A DNA stretch of 64,000 nucleotides from Octopus sinensis (lineage: Eukaryota), in assembly GCF_006345805.1 (NCBI RefSeq), contig NC_043000.1, positions 156,798,001 to 156,862,000 on the forward strand. Reading direction: 5' to 3'. The notes under the pieces were generated by a model that saw only the letters and a list, made by a program, of their open reading frames with translations, did not search any database and was not told the origin of the DNA. The position numbers and the translations under genes were made by a program. Positions 38,413-52,500 of the stretch are shown piece after piece (the first letter of the stretch is position 1; every line of letters starts with the position of its first letter).

Positions 38413-39250
38413 ATAAATGAAAGTTGCAATGAGGTGTGACACGTGATGGAAGGATATAGAAAAGTGGAAACGCGACTACATTAAGAAATTCACATAACTT
38501 AAACTGGTCTCAGTTGTTAGTTTATATTAAAGATAAAGTGTCTATTTATATCATGTGTGCGTCTTTGTGCTTCGTGCTTGTTTGTGTTTGTTTAATGTTG
38601 TTTTAACACCATTAAAACGAAAATTCACAAAAATACAAAGCCAGATTATAAACTGAAATATGAAATAACTCCGAAGCGTCGCACGGAGTGTGGGGACCGC
38701 ACAGTATGGACACTTTATAAACGTTTGTAACCGAAGGTTAAGTTACATTTAAAGAAGTGAGCAACCAATTCAGCAACCAATTACAAGATGGCCAAAACCC
38801 TCTTCAAGTCATTCAAATAACGGACCTATACACTACACGTAAACGTGTTTTTAGCAAACTTTTGTAAAATAAAACGGATACATTTAATCTTTTACTCTTT
38901 ATACACAAAATGTAATAGAAATTGATGGTATAGGAAAACAACTGAAACATTACAAATACGTTCGGATTACTTTTAAAAGACTTTACAAAGAAGGCTGTCA
39001 GCTGCAATTTAGTTTCCTGTAGAGAATATGCCCCACGTCTGTAATATGCGAACCACCGATTCATTGGCTGGTTATCCTATACGCTTTCCACTCAACCTTC
39101 TGCAGCCCCTTACACGTCAAGTATGGGAACTTAACAGAATGAATATGCTGCCTTGGCGTTTTATTTTCTACCAATGTCACCAATAAAATATTTCCTTCCC
39201 GACGTATAACGTATTAATTTTGTTTATTAATCAGTTGGTAGTAAGATTAT

Positions 39251-39631
39251 GTGGAGGCGCAATGGCCCAGTGGTTAGGGCAGCGGACTCGCGGTCATAGG
39301 ATCGCGGTTTCGATTCCCGGGCGTTGTGAGTGTTTATTGAGCGAAAACACCTAAAAGCTCCACGAGGCTCCGGCAGGGTGGTGGTGATCCCTGCGGTACT
39401 CATTTCACCACAACTTTCTCTCACTCTTACTTCCTGTTTCTGTTGTACCTGTATTTCAAAGGCCGGCCTTGTCACTCTCTGTGACACGCTGAATATCCCC
39501 GAAAACTACGTTATGGGTACACGTGTCTGTGGGGTTTCTCACCACTTACACGTTAATTTCACGAGCAGGCTGTTCCGTTGATATTCGGATCAACGGAACG
39601 CTCGTCGTCGTAACCGACGGTTGCGGTCCCC
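39251..39631 (+). mobile_element. tRNA-derived SINE, family C
   Basis: GGAGGCGCAATGGCCCAGTGGTTAGG (A box), GGTTTCGATTCCC (B box). TSD AGTAAGATTAT at 39240-39250 and 39632-39642. Confidence 0.9.
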
Positions 39632-39712
39632 AGTAAGATTATAGAATTAGTAGAGGAGCAAACAAAATAGTTTGAGGTATTTTAGTCACGTCTCTTTCCG
39701 ACCTTTTAACTT

Positions 39713-39812
39713 NNNNNNNNNNNNNNNNNNNNNNNNNNNNNNNNNNNNNNNNNNNNNNNNNNNNNNNNNNNNNNNNNNNNNNNNNNNNNNNNNNNNNNNN
39801 NNNNNNNNNNNN
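39713..39812. other. Assembly gap (100 N)
   Basis: Run of exactly 100 N. Confidence 1.
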
Positions 39813-39885
39813 TGATTATGATGATGATAATAATATTATTGATAATAATAATAATAATAATAATCATAATATAATAATAATAATA

Positions 39886-40603
39886 ATCTATGGATGGAAT
39901 TTATAAATATTTTAATGCATCGCTATGTATGTTTTCACAAATCATATGTTTCTTAAGATCCTAGTCCGTATTTCTGGTATGATTACAGTACAGTCCGTAG
40001 TATCCATGGACATAGGGTGGATAATATTCATGCGTTCATTTCTTCGGGTGATATTACATTAACGGATGTATAACAGGATTGTTTATCAATTTTGACCAAT
40101 GAAAAGGTTGGTTGGTGTATGTGGACAGTTCTGTGTGTATTTGTTGGGGGTGGTGGGGAGGTAGAAGGTGATGGAAAGAGAGAAAGGAATGATAGTAATT
40201 AAGGAGATGGAGGTGTGTGTGTGTGGTGCAGATGCCTACTCAAATATCAAAATATATCTAACGTTACCACAGACCTCCATTTTCTTTATGGCTACCATTC
40301 CTTTCTTTCTTTCTTTCCATTACATTCTACCCCCCCCCCCCGCACCAAATACACACAGAACTGTCCACATACACCAACCAACCTTCTCATTGGTCAAAAT
40401 TGATAAACAATCCTGTTATACATCCGTTAATGTAATATCGCCCGAAGAAATGAACGCATGAATATGATCCACCCGATGTCCACGGATACTACGGACTGTA
40501 TTGTAATCATCCCAGAAATACGGATTATGATCTTAAGAAATATGTAATTTGCAGAAACGCACGTAGCGATGCATTAAAATATTTACAAATTCCATCCATG
40601 GAT
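39886..40603. mobile_element. Foldback MITE, 718 bp, 258-bp TIRs, probable TA TSD
   Basis: 39886-40143 is the reverse complement of 40346-40603 at about 90% by eye. Ends are TA|ATCTATGGATGG and CCATCCATGGAT|TA. Confidence 0.85.
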
Positions 40604-41150
40604 TATATATCACTATATATGTATATTATATATTGTATATGTATATATATATGGATTATTATGTATGTATATATATATATATATGGATTTATCACTATAT
40701 ATGTATATTTATATGTATATGTAATATATATGGATTATTATCACTATATATGTATTGTATATATGATTATATATATATGGATTATATATAGGTATATATA
40801 TATATAAGGATTTTATCACTATAATATGTTTATTGGATGTATATTGGATTATTATATATGTATATAGATATATGTATTATTATCACTATATATGTATATG
40901 ATATATGTATATGTTATATATATATGGATTATTATAATATGTATATATATATGGATTATTATCACTATATATGTATATGTATATATGTATGTATATATAT
41001 ATGATTATTATATGTATATATATATATGGATTATTATCACTATATATGTATATGTATATATGTATATGTATATATATATATGGATTATTATATATGTATA
41101 TATATATATGGATTATTATATATGTATATATATATGGATTATGTATATAT
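40598..41150. repeat. Degenerate minisatellite ATGGATTATTATCACTATATATGTATAT
   Basis: ATGGATT motif recurs more than ten times amid TA dinucleotides. Confidence 0.8.
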
Positions 41151-41175
41151 GTTATGTGTGTGTGTGTGTGTGTGT

Positions 41176-41208
<33 letters not shown>

Positions 41209-41915
41209 CAAAAGGATAAAAGGTCCCTCACGAGTCATTGGCTCAGCTCATAGGGTCGGTTTCCCAGATATTGTGGCGTATAAATTCTCCATGACGCTGG
41301 ACAGGATGCAGGATTAAGCTCAAAAGCACAAAGCATCACTCACTTCAGGAATCGAAACCATAATCTTACGACAATAAGTACAACACCCTAACCACTGAGC
41401 CACGTCTCTCCTTTTCTGTCTCCCCACCCCCACTCATACACGTTTACGCGTGTATCTGTGAGTATGTATGTATATATGTATGTAGATTTGTAAATGGAAG
41501 GATTTCTGTATATATATATAATACGTAAGTATATGTGTGTATGCTCGAATGAACGTGCGTGTATATATATGCATGTGTGTACATGTATGCGTGTATATGT
41601 AAGCCAGCATGAGGTTTTGCGCATGTGAGTTTTATTAATTTAAACTACGTAATACATATCACATATTGTTTTGTTACTTTAATCATATTCTGTATTTGAC
41701 GACCGATAATATGCATTGGTTTGTATGACTCAGCGCAGGTTTGGCAGGCCACTTTTTGAACTGCTATTTACTGATAACCTGAAACATGACCTTATGTTGT
41801 TTATAAGATATTGGCTGATTCCTTGGTACAGGTTTTTTTGTTCAATAAAAGGCGCTGTGTAAGCCTTCAAATACGGTACCGTCTTCCGGGGTGTGCGCGT
41901 GTATGTATCTATACA

Positions 41916-42237
41916 AGAGCACTCCGTCGGTTACGACGACGAGGGTCACAGCTGATACGATCAACGGCACAGCTTGCTCGTGAAATTAACGTGCAAGTGG
42001 CTGAGCACTCCACAGACACGTGTACCCTTAACGTAGTTCTCAGGGAGATTCAACATGACACAGTGATAAGGCTGACCCTTTGAAATACAGGTACTACTCA
42101 TTTTTGCCAGCTGAGTGGACTGGAGTTACGGGAAATAAAGTGTCTCGCTCAAGGACATACTGCGTCGCTAGTAATTGAAGTCATGACCTTACGATCGAGA
42201 GCCGAATGCCGCTAACCACTAAGCCACGTACCTTCAC
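41916..42237 (-). mobile_element. tRNA/CORE-type SINE sharing the family C 3' tail
   Basis: Minus strand: GTGGCTTAGTGGTTAG head, TGTCCTTGAGCGAGACACTTTATTTC core, GTACCTGTATTTCAAAGGG...TCGTCGTCGTAACCGACGG tail. TSD ATGTATCTATACA at 41903-41915 and 42238-42250. Confidence 0.88.
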
Positions 42238-42294
42238 ATGTATCTATACATATATACACATTCACGCACGTACACATACGAGGAAAAGTATTTA

Positions 42295-42595
<301 letters not shown>

Positions 42596-42867
42596 ATCAA
42601 TATATAAAACCACGTAGTTTATAGTCATATAAGGAAAGAAAAAGAAAATGGGATTGAGAAGTTAATAAATGTTTATTATCAACAACAAATCAATCATTAT
42701 CCTTTACAGCTGTTTCAATTAATACACAGTGAATTAATTAAAAAAATATACCCTTAGATGTTTTATATATGTGCTTATGGATTCATTATAGCAGACTTAT
42801 ATATACATATACATACATACATACATACATACATACATACATACATACATACATACATACATACATA

Positions 42868-43272
42868 CTTCTCTTTTATCTTTTACTTGTTTCAGTCATT
42901 TGACTATGGGCATGCTGGAGCACCACCTTTAATCGAGCAACTCGAGCCCGGGACTTATTCTTTTGTAAGCCCAGTACTTATTCTATCTGTCTCTTTTGCC
43001 GAACCGCTAAGTTACGGGGACATAAACACACAAGCATCGGTTGTCAAGCAATGCTAGGGGGACAAACACAGACACACAAACATACATGCACACACGCATA
43101 TATATATATACATATATACGACGGGCTTCTTTTCAGTTTCCGTCTACCAAATCCACTCACAAGGCTTTGGTCGACCCGAGGCTATAGCAGAAGACACTTG
43201 CCCAAGATGCCACGCAGTGGGACTGAACCCGGAACCATGTGGTTGGTAAACAAGCTACTTACCACACAGCCT
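42868..43272 (-). mobile_element. SINE family A
   Basis: Family A tail, core and head. Confidence 0.92.
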
Positions 43273-43292
43273 ATACATAACATATCATATCA

Positions 43293-43424
43293 TATTATTT
43301 AAAACAGCTTGATTCGGCTCTATGAGACTTCAAGTTTCTCAGGTCTCTAATAGAAGCCCATCTATTTTAGATGCCTGCGAAACTTTAAGTTGCATGGAGC
43401 CGAATCAAATCGTTTTAAATAATA
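43293..43424. repeat. Imperfect foldback with ~46-bp arms starting at GAAAC-TTNAA-GT
   Basis: 43293-43338 versus 43379-43424. The centre holds a CATCTA-TTT-TAGATG hairpin. Confidence 0.75.
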
Positions 43425-43625
43425 CATGTAAATCCTACTAAGTGTTTTAGATACTCTTTTTAATTTGTTTGTCCACTCGCTCGTGTGTGTGTGTATATAC
43501 AAGAAAAAGTATAAGTATATATGTGTATATATATATAAATATATGTGTATATATATATAAATATATGTATATATATATATATGTTTATATATGTGTATAC
43601 ATATGTATATATATGTATGTATATA

Positions 43626-43747
<122 letters not shown>

Positions 43748-43902
43748 ATGTATGCATGTATGTATGTATGTATGTATGTAAGTATGCATGTATGTACGTA
43801 TGTGAATACGTATGTACGTGCGTATGTATATCTATCTGATAATCTGAAGAAAGTCGAAACTTCGAAGTTACAGTCAACCTTTTCTTTGTAAAAATGAAGA
43901 TA

Positions 43903-44067
43903 GGCGCAGGAGTGGCTGTGTGGTAGGTAGCTTGCTAACCAACCACATGGTTCCGGGTTCAGTCCCACTGCGTGGCATCTTGGGCAAGTGTCTTCTGTTA
44001 TAGCCCCGGGCCGACCAATACCTTGTGGATGGATTTGGTAGACGGAAACTGAAAGAAGCCTGTCGTA

Positions 44068-44161
<94 letters not shown>

Positions 44162-44372
44162 TGTGTCTGTGTTTGTTCCCCCTAGCATTGCTTGACAACC
44201 GATGCTGGTGTGTTTACGTCCCCGTCACTTAGCGGTTCGGCAAAAGAGACCGATAGAATAAGTACTGGGCTTACAAACAATAAGTCCCGGGGTCGATTTG
44301 ATCGACTAAAGGCGGTGCTCCAGCATGGCCGCAGTCAAATGACTGAAACAAGTAAAAGGGTAAAGAGAGAGT
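43903..44372 (+). mobile_element. SINE family A, full length
   Basis: GGCGCAGGAGTGGCTGTGTGG through GACTGAAACAAGTAAAAG. Confidence 0.93.
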
Positions 44373-44436
44373 ATAGTCCTCCACTAAAAAGATTTGAATA
44401 ATCCTTCATATATAACTGCACAAAAAAGCAAAGAAT

Positions 44437-44722
44437 GCATACATACATACATACATACATACATACATACATACATCACACACACACTACATACATACAT
44501 ACATACATACATACATACATACATACATACATACATACAACATACATACATACATACATACATACATACAACACATACATACATACATACATACATACAC
44601 ACATACACACACACATACATACATACATACATACATACATACATACATACATACACACACACATACATACATACATACATACACACACACATACATACAT
44701 ACATACATACATACATACATAC
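44437..44722. repeat. (TACA)n microsatellite
   Basis: Direct inspection. Confidence 0.97.
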
Positions 44723-46000
44723 ATGTATATATGTATTGTTTGCTTTTATATGTGTGTGAGTGTGTGTGTATGCGCATGAGTGTGTAGGTATGTACGTACG
44801 TATGTGTGCGTGTGAGTGTGTATGTGCGCGGGTGAATGTGTGCGTGTGTGTGTGTGTACATACGCATTTAGTTTGGTAATTCTCATTTGCAAGTTCGATA
44901 CAAAAATCAATAAAATAATTATTTGTAATATAATGAGATCAACTTAATTGATTTATACCGTATTGGCTGCATAAAAAAAAATAAGAAAATAACAACAAAA
45001 AAACCCCACAAAACAGCCAAACAATGCATTGTTTGTTAAAAGCAATCTGTGCTTGATAGCAACCTGACAAAAATAATTCCGAACAACTAGGAACAATGGA
45101 AATAAAAGTGTCTTAAACTGGATCCTTTCACGTGAATTTCAGTCACACACTGACTAAATGGTTATCTGAGATACCTTGACACAAACGTATTATAGTTTCT
45201 TCTTAAACGTTTATTTAAGTCCATTAGAGAAAGAATTCCGAGCGCCTTTTATGATGCATTGGATATAATCGCCGAGGATCTTTGTATAAAAAGGACGTGT
45301 ATTTTTCCCCTTCTTCTCTCTTAATCTCAGCCGCCACCTGTTGTTTGAATTTGTGGTTGTTCTGTTCTTTCATTTCCTCTATGTCCTTTATCGATTGTTT
45401 CCCTCCCGTTTATTGACTCTCGTTAATGTTATCTCACCAGCGGGATAAACGTCTTCCGCTGACCGTTGTCACGTGTGATTTCACGTATACGGACACGTGT
45501 TAGTTCTGAGCTTCCAGGTCTTCTCCATTTTCCGTATGTATATTTGCATACGTGTACACGTCTTTGCTTTGGCTTTTCTTTTTCTTTTCTCATTTTCTTA
45601 TCTATTTACTCTACCTACTTCTTCCTGGTTCTAACGGACGTTCGGTCTACATGTCAATGGATTACGTCTGCCTGATCTTTTGTTTACATTATTCCCTTTT
45701 CAACTTGCTTTCTTGTCTTCTAACGAATATACTTCCCTGTTGTTTTTGAAACCGCTCCCTTCTTTTTCATTTGCGCCGAATACTTTTTACTCTATCTCTC
45801 TACTTCAACCCAAGAAATATTCCTTCCTTCCCTCCCTCCCCTCCTCTCTCTCTAACCCCTCCCTATCCCTCTCTCATCTCGTCTATCCCACCTCGACTAC
45901 TCCAACCTCCACGTAGCATGAGCAAATTTGTAGCCATTACTCTATGTCACCACTTGCCACTTACTCTATCTTTTCTTTCGTCACATTCATATTCTGGGAA

Positions 46001-46619
46001 GGCGGCGAGCTGCAAGAAACATTATCACGCCGGGCGAAATGCTTAGCGGTATTTCGTCTGCGGTTACGTTCTGAATTCAAATTCCGCCGAGGTCGACTTT
46101 GCCTTTCATCCTTTCGGGGTTGATTAAATAAGTACCAGTTACGCACTGGGGTCGATATAATCGACTTAATCCGTTTGTCTGTCCTTGTTTGTCCCCTCTG
46201 TGTTTAGCCCTATGTGGGTAGTAAAGAAATAGGTATTTCGTCTGCCGCTACGTTCTGAGTTCAAATTCCGCCGAGGTCGACTTTGCCTTTCATCCTTTCA
46301 GGGTCGATTAAATAAGTACCAGTTACGCACTGGGGTCGATATAATCGACTTAATCCGTTTGTCTGTCCTTGTTTGTCCCTTCTATGTTTAGCCCCTTGTG
46401 GGCAATAAAAGAAATAAGAAACGTTAGCACGCCAGGAGAAATGCTTAGCGGTGTTTCGTCTGTCTTTACGTTCTGAGTTCAAATTCTGCTGAGGTCGACT
46501 TTGCCTTTCTTCTTTCGAGGTCGATAAATTGAGTACCAGTTGCGTACTGAGGTCAATCTAATCGACTGCGCCACCCCTCCCCCAAAAGTTCGGGCCTAGT
46601 GCTAAGAGTAGAAAAGCAT
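46001..46619 (+). mobile_element. SINE family B, two units plus re-entered head and terminal module
   Basis: Head GGCGGCGAGCTG, units at 46049 and 46233. TSD ATTCATATTCTGG at 45985-45997 and 46620-46632. Confidence 0.9.
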
Positions 46620-46707
46620 ATTCATATTCTGGAAGGATGCTCTTTTTTGTTTCTTAAATGTTGGAATTTTACACTGAAAATGATGAATCAACTTTTATCG
46701 CATATTA

Positions 46708-47560
46708 ATAGAAAAAGCGAAACTTCCCAAACCAAACATCACTAAGGAAGAAAAGTTTGCTATCCAAAGGCTACAGAGTGATAATTCCATCATACTACTT
46801 CCAGCAGACGAGGGAAATGCTGCAGTGGTAATGAATAAGTCTGACTAATCTGAAAAATTGGCAAGTCTCATAAGTGATGGTAACTACAGCAAAGTAAAGA
46901 AAGACCCTACTTTGAAAACAGAGAGGAATTTGTCACAGACCTTGATCAAAAACCAGGATCACTTTACACCAATGAAGTACAGACAACTGACTCAACACTA
47001 CAGTAAACTACCAGACATGTAAGATCTTCCTAAGATTCACAAAGATGGTATTCCATTAAGGCCTATAGTGAGCTGTAGAGGTTCAGCATGTTATCCACTG
47101 AGCCGCTTCTTTGTGGATATAATCAGTCCATTAGCAGGAAAGTCAGCATCGTATGTGAAGAATTCCATCCACTTCACAGAATTGATCAAGGATACCCCTC
47201 ATTGAATCCAACCAGATGATGAGTCTAGATGTGATAAGTCTGTTCACCAAAGACACCCATCTAATAGAACGCACTAGTATACCAATAAGAAACTTGATGG
47301 AAATGTTGACCTTCTGTGTAGAAACTAACTACTTCTGTATGGACACTGATATATATCGACAAGAAGAGGGTTTAGCTATGGGTTCGCCATTATCACCGAT
47401 AAAAGCCATGTATTTATATACATGGAATACTTTGAGAATTTGGCTTTAGGAATCAACGCCACTAAAACCAACCCTATGGCCGCGATATGTTGATGACACC
47501 TTCATACTCTGGTCCCACCAGGAAGATGTCCAAGTACTGTTAGATCATGTGAACTCAATA
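46708..47560 (+). mobile_element. Penelope-like reverse transcriptase fragment (pseudogenised)
   Basis: PNITKEEKFAIQRLQSDNSIILLPADEGNAAVVMNK; LPKIHKDGIPLRPIVS; SLDVISLFT; GLAMGSPLSP; RYVDDTF. These are PLE RT motifs, with stops and frameshifts. Confidence 0.9.
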
Positions 47561-47842
47561 CTTTAAATATAGAACTGAACTTTTATCGTTTATACAATTA
47601 TTTCTTTGCAATTTTGGCAAAATTTTCACCGCTGAGTTGGGTTTTGTATGTATGTATACACACACACATACACACACACTGCCTAAATACCAATTTTGAG
47701 AAATTATGCTTCTCAAAGCCAGAAGGAAGAAAGTTAGTTTGAAGACTACAGATCCAAGTTATCACTGGAACTGTAAAAATCTGTAAAACTTTCCGGAAGT
47801 TAATTATTCAAGAATATAAGTGAAATTTTAGATATGCAACTA

Positions 47843-49112
47843 TTGGGCTATCTCATAAATAATATAATTTTTTTTTCAATTGCATGAACTAAAAGTCAGA
47901 GGGGGGACGGGATAAATTACCTGCATCAACTTGCTGTAAAAGCAGGTAGTTAATTTTAACTGGTACTTATTCTTAGTGCAAGTTTTGAAGCGTGCAGTTC
48001 GATTTTAACAGTTGTTTTTTCAAAGCTATAATAGAAGTGACAAAGGAGCATATTCAGTAAATTTTGTTTTATGAGTTCAATAAAGGCAACAACACGACAG
48101 TAAGTGTGAGGAATATTAATGCAGTATATGGGGATCAGGGAATAAGCGTAGGCCAGTGTCAACGATGGTTCCAGAAATTCCGAGCCGGAAACTACAACCT
48201 AGAAGAGGAGCCTCGTCCTGGAAGATATAGAGAGTTCGATGAGGACGTCCTGCAAACCCTGGTATAACAAAATCCCATCGTAACTGTTGGGGAACTAGAA
48301 GAGAAGATTGGATTTGGTTATTCAACCATTCATTAACACCTGCAAGTTATCTGAAAAGTCAGCAAATTGGATCAATGAGTTCCTCACAAAATTCCCGAGT
48401 CTAATTGCGCGCAGAGAGTAAATGTATGCCCTTCTTTGCTTTCACGTCTCACGACCGGTAACGAGAAATGGGTTCTCTATAAAAATGTCAAGCGCCGAAG
48501 AGAGTGGGTAGGGAAAAGGAGAAACACCAGCACGCCAGGCTAAAGAAGGTCTTCACTCACGTAATGTGTTGTTATCTGGTTGGTGGGATATAAAAGGTGT
48601 AGTCTACTTTGAATTGTTAAACCCAAGCCAAACGATAACAAAGGGGATCTATTGCGAGCAGCTTGAGTGTTTTAAGTCAGCGCCAGAAAAAAAAAATGCG
48701 ACCATCTGTGATTTCAAGACGAAAGATGTTTTCCATCAGGATAACGCTCGGCCACATACAGCGAGGATAACATTCCAAAGGCTGGAGCAGTTTGAATGGG
48801 AAACGATGTTCCTCTCCCCGTATTCGCCGGATATTGCACCATCTGGTTATCATTTATTCAGCAGTCTTCAAAATCATTTGGCCAGTTTAAAATATGAATT
48901 CTGTAGACGAGGTCAGAACAATACTGCAAGAGTATTTTTCGTCACGGACAAGGGAATTTTGGAAGAGGGACCTTGCAAGTCTACCAGATAGATAGAAGAG
49001 CATTGTAGAAAATGAAGGGGAGTACATATTAGATTAAAAAAGAACTTTGTTTATCTTAATTTTGAAAAATAAAACAAGTATAAAAAGTCGCATTATTTAT
49101 GGGATGATCCCA
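47843..49112 (+). mobile_element. Mariner transposon, decayed
   Basis: Degenerate TIRs TTGGGCTATCTCATAAATAAT and ATTATTTATGGGATGATCCCA. Motifs WFQKFRAGNYNLEEEPRPGR, TGNEKW, HQDNARPH, YSPDIAPSG. Confidence 0.9.
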
Positions 49113-49293
49113 TATAATAACTCGGTGTAGTTTGAATGTCATAGGGGAATACTCTATTGTTACGTTACCGAACAATCTGTGTATATATGAAATACAAAAT
49201 ATAACCCTATTTATTTCACTAGGCCCAGAAAGCTGAATGGTAAAGTGGAGTCCAGTGAGTTTTGCGCTCAAAATAATTGGTGGTGAAAATTAA

Positions 49294-49688
49294 TCTTTAT
49301 ATATAAAAGTCAAGTTGTGTGTCTGTCTCCTACGATTTAGATTCCTAACTACTCCCACATTTTGCGGTGCAATGTAACCAAAAGCGGGTATCTTATAGCC
49401 GTGATTCATATCGAGCCCTTCTGGGTATTAGCGCGCGTCTACGATGAGTCTACGATTTTAAAAATAATTTACCGTAATTTTTTTCCATTTTAATGCATTT
49501 TTCGCTATTATATAAGGGAAGTAACTCTCTAAAAATGTCTACGATGAGTCAACGATTTTTAAAAAATGTACCATAATTTTTTTCCCATTTTTAATGCATT
49601 TTTTGCTACTTTTTGGCTATAACTCTCTAAAAATGCTTATATAGTTATTTCCCTTACAAACCCGAGCAACGCCGGGCGATACTGCTAG
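49294..49688 (+). mobile_element. Non-autonomous Helitron
   Basis: A|TCTTTATATATAAAAG...CCCGAGCAACGCCGGGCGATACTGCTAG|T. Confidence 0.88.
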
Positions 49689-50974
49689 TTTGTTATAACT
49701 GTAATGTTTAACTGCACTCAGCGTTGATTGGTAAGAGAAATGAGTTTAAAATTGTTTGGTACGAGTAACGGCACCTTTCTTTATGTGTTAGCTCCCACTA
49801 ACTTAAGAATCTGGCTATGCCTCTGGGTGCTTGTGATAGGAATGATGTCGTATGTCACAATGATCGTTCTTTCTGCGTTTTTTTTTTTTAGTCATTATGT
49901 ACAAATTGTTCTGTATGAAGCATGTGGCAGTGCGTAGTGCGCTTTCTTTTCGGTATCATTTGAGGTTTGATTTGAATATTGAAGTTTCAAGCGAAGCTTC
50001 CTACCATGTTCAAAAGTGAAAAAATAATATCGAAGTATTTTGATAAAATTATGGATTAGATGGTTGCACGAGAAGTTCACAAATTTGCCTGAGATTCAGT
50101 AACGTGATATTCATAGAGCATCTTTTTAAAGATATAGCCTTATAGATTTTATCGACTGATGAGCGTGTTTTCCCCTAAATATAGTCTGTATTCAGGGTTT
50201 CAATTTTCCCTTAAACTTTCTTTTTTTATAGATTGCCACTGTTAACGATTTATCAGTCCGTATGATCATTTTGAACTAGAACAATTATTTTTAGTACATT
50301 TTACAAGGCTTGGATTTTATTACGATTCGTCAGTAATTTATTTTTATAGTGACGCCTATTTTTTGAAGTATTTTTGACAAATATTTTCCACTCGGTGAAT
50401 TGGAATAATTTTAATTTCTCAAAATAGATTTCTTCAAATATTAATTTCTATTCTTCTGTTCTGTTATATTCATTCTATTTTTTTTCTTCTTCAAATATCT
50501 CAAACGCTGTTGAGACTGTTTCTTTAAGCATCACTTTGAACAACACTCGAATATCTCGTTATGTATCATTTTGAAATTTCAATTACAAATGTCAGACAAT
50601 TCTAATCGTTTTTCTTTTGACGACTGTGTTTTCTTTTAGCTTTTTATTTAACATCACATTCACAACACATCAGTATGTTTCAACCCACACATCAGTTGTA
50701 GTTGCAAAACAGTTAGACACGTTAATAAAACACCTGTATGTTATTACAGCGCCATCATAAAACTCAGTCTTTCACGTTTGAATCACAACACTCATAGAAA
50801 AAGAGAAGTTAAAAATTATCCGCACTTCCAAAAATACGTTTCTTGGGTTGGCCACACTGCCTTCAGTGGTCGCGTGCTGAAAGGTCGTACTCTTGTGGTT
50901 ACTTACCCGAGGTTTGACCTTGATCACTCCAGTTTTCTTTCTTGTGTTCCAGATTAAACATAACAACTCTGTTG

Positions 50975-51910
50975 GCAGTGTGCACCAAGGAAGAACAAAG
51001 ATCAGTGATCCAATTTCTCTAGTCTGAATGTGTGTCTGGCGCTGAAAATTTCTCCGTAGGCTTTCAGAACAATATATGGACAACAATCTGCCGCATATGA
51101 GTGGACCAAGAAGTTTTTAAATGATCGGAGAAATGCGAAGAACGAAGAGGGAGCTGGACGCCCATCAAACCTCACCATGGACTTGAAGATTCAACAAGCT
51201 CGGGAAATGATTCTGGTGAACCGACGAGTTACTATCGACGCAAATTAATCATGGTTCCGCATACAAAATCATCCACGACAAGCTTGGCTTCTGTAAAGTC
51301 TGTGCAAGATGGGTCTCAAGAGAGCCACCGAAGCGCCTAAACGCAATCGTGAGATCTGTCAATGCTTACAACGATGAAGGCAAAGCTTTTTGTGGGGTAG
51401 AACAATCAGAAGAGATTAGATCTGGGTCCATCACTTTGAGTCAGAATCTAAAAGCTAGAGTATGGAGCAGTAACACCCAGAATCGTTAGCGAATAAGAAA
51501 TTTCAAGGCTCAACATTCTACAGAAAAAAGTTATGCTAACCGTTTTGGGGGACAGAAAAGGACCTATACTGGAACATTACCTGGAAAGGGGTCTGCAGTT
51601 ACGGGTGTAGGCTACAATGAACTACTGATCAACAAAATAAAACCGGCAATTTGCATCAAAGGCCGAGGTTTATTGTCAAAGTGCTATTGTTGCACGACAA
51701 TGCACGCCCACACACGGCCGTCCATACCGTTGAAATCATCGAACAATTGTGTTTCGAGTTGCTGGAACAGCCCGCATATAGTCTAGGTCTTGCTCCTTCT
51801 ACCGATCACTTCTTTGGAAGTGGTGCATAAACAGCTGTGCGGCCAGGCGAAAACCTTCTCTGATGGAATAAACAATGGGAACCGGTATTAGGGAAAGATA
51901 GGACTATATT
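50975..51910 (+). mobile_element. Mariner (irritans-like) transposase remnant, no clear TIRs
   Basis: CTKEEQRSVIQFL; YEWTKKF...GRP; IIHDKLGFCKVCARWV; LLHDNARPHTA...PAYSLGLAPS. Confidence 0.85.
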
Positions 51911-51937
51911 AGGTTTATAAGCCCTAAAATTCACTCC

Positions 51938-51989
<52 letters not shown>

Positions 51990-52011
51990 GTAATAATAAT
52001 AATAATAATAA

Positions 52012-52071
<60 letters not shown>

Positions 52072-52212
52072 ATTTTTATAGGTTTGTGTTCATGGGTACA
52101 CTAAATATGCACTAAATGAAGGATTCAATAGTAGGTGAACCGTCGAACCTAAATAGTATTTATTTATCAAACTTCGTAATATTATAATATTATAGACGCA
52201 CACACTCTCTCA

Positions 52213-52266
<54 letters not shown>

Positions 52267-52274
52267 TGCATATC

Positions 52275-52500
52275 TGTTTCTTTACTACCCACAAGGGGCT
52301 AAACATAGAGGGGACAAACAAGGACAGACAAACGGATTAAGTCGATTACATCGAGCCCAACTGGTACTTAATTTATCGATCCTGAAAGGATGAAAGGCAA
52401 AGTCGACCTCGGCGGAATTTGAACTCAGAACGTAACGGCAGACGAAATACGGCTACGCATTTCGCCCGGCGTGCTAAAGTTTCTGCCAGCTCGCCGCCTT
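52275..52500 (-). mobile_element. SINE family B, single unit
   Basis: Full head to unit end. TSD ACACATGCA(T/A)ATC at 52262-52274 and 52504-52516. Confidence 0.9.

Noticed and set aside
39251-39330. tRNA genes at SINE heads
   Set aside because: A and B boxes are present, but there is no complete cloverleaf and each continues into a SINE body with TSDs.
43844-43873. Functional hammerhead at CTGAAGAAAGTCGAAACTTCGAAGTTACAG
   Set aside because: Only 5 nt between the boxes, so no stem II, and no stem I. Counted only as a possible relic for its palindrome.
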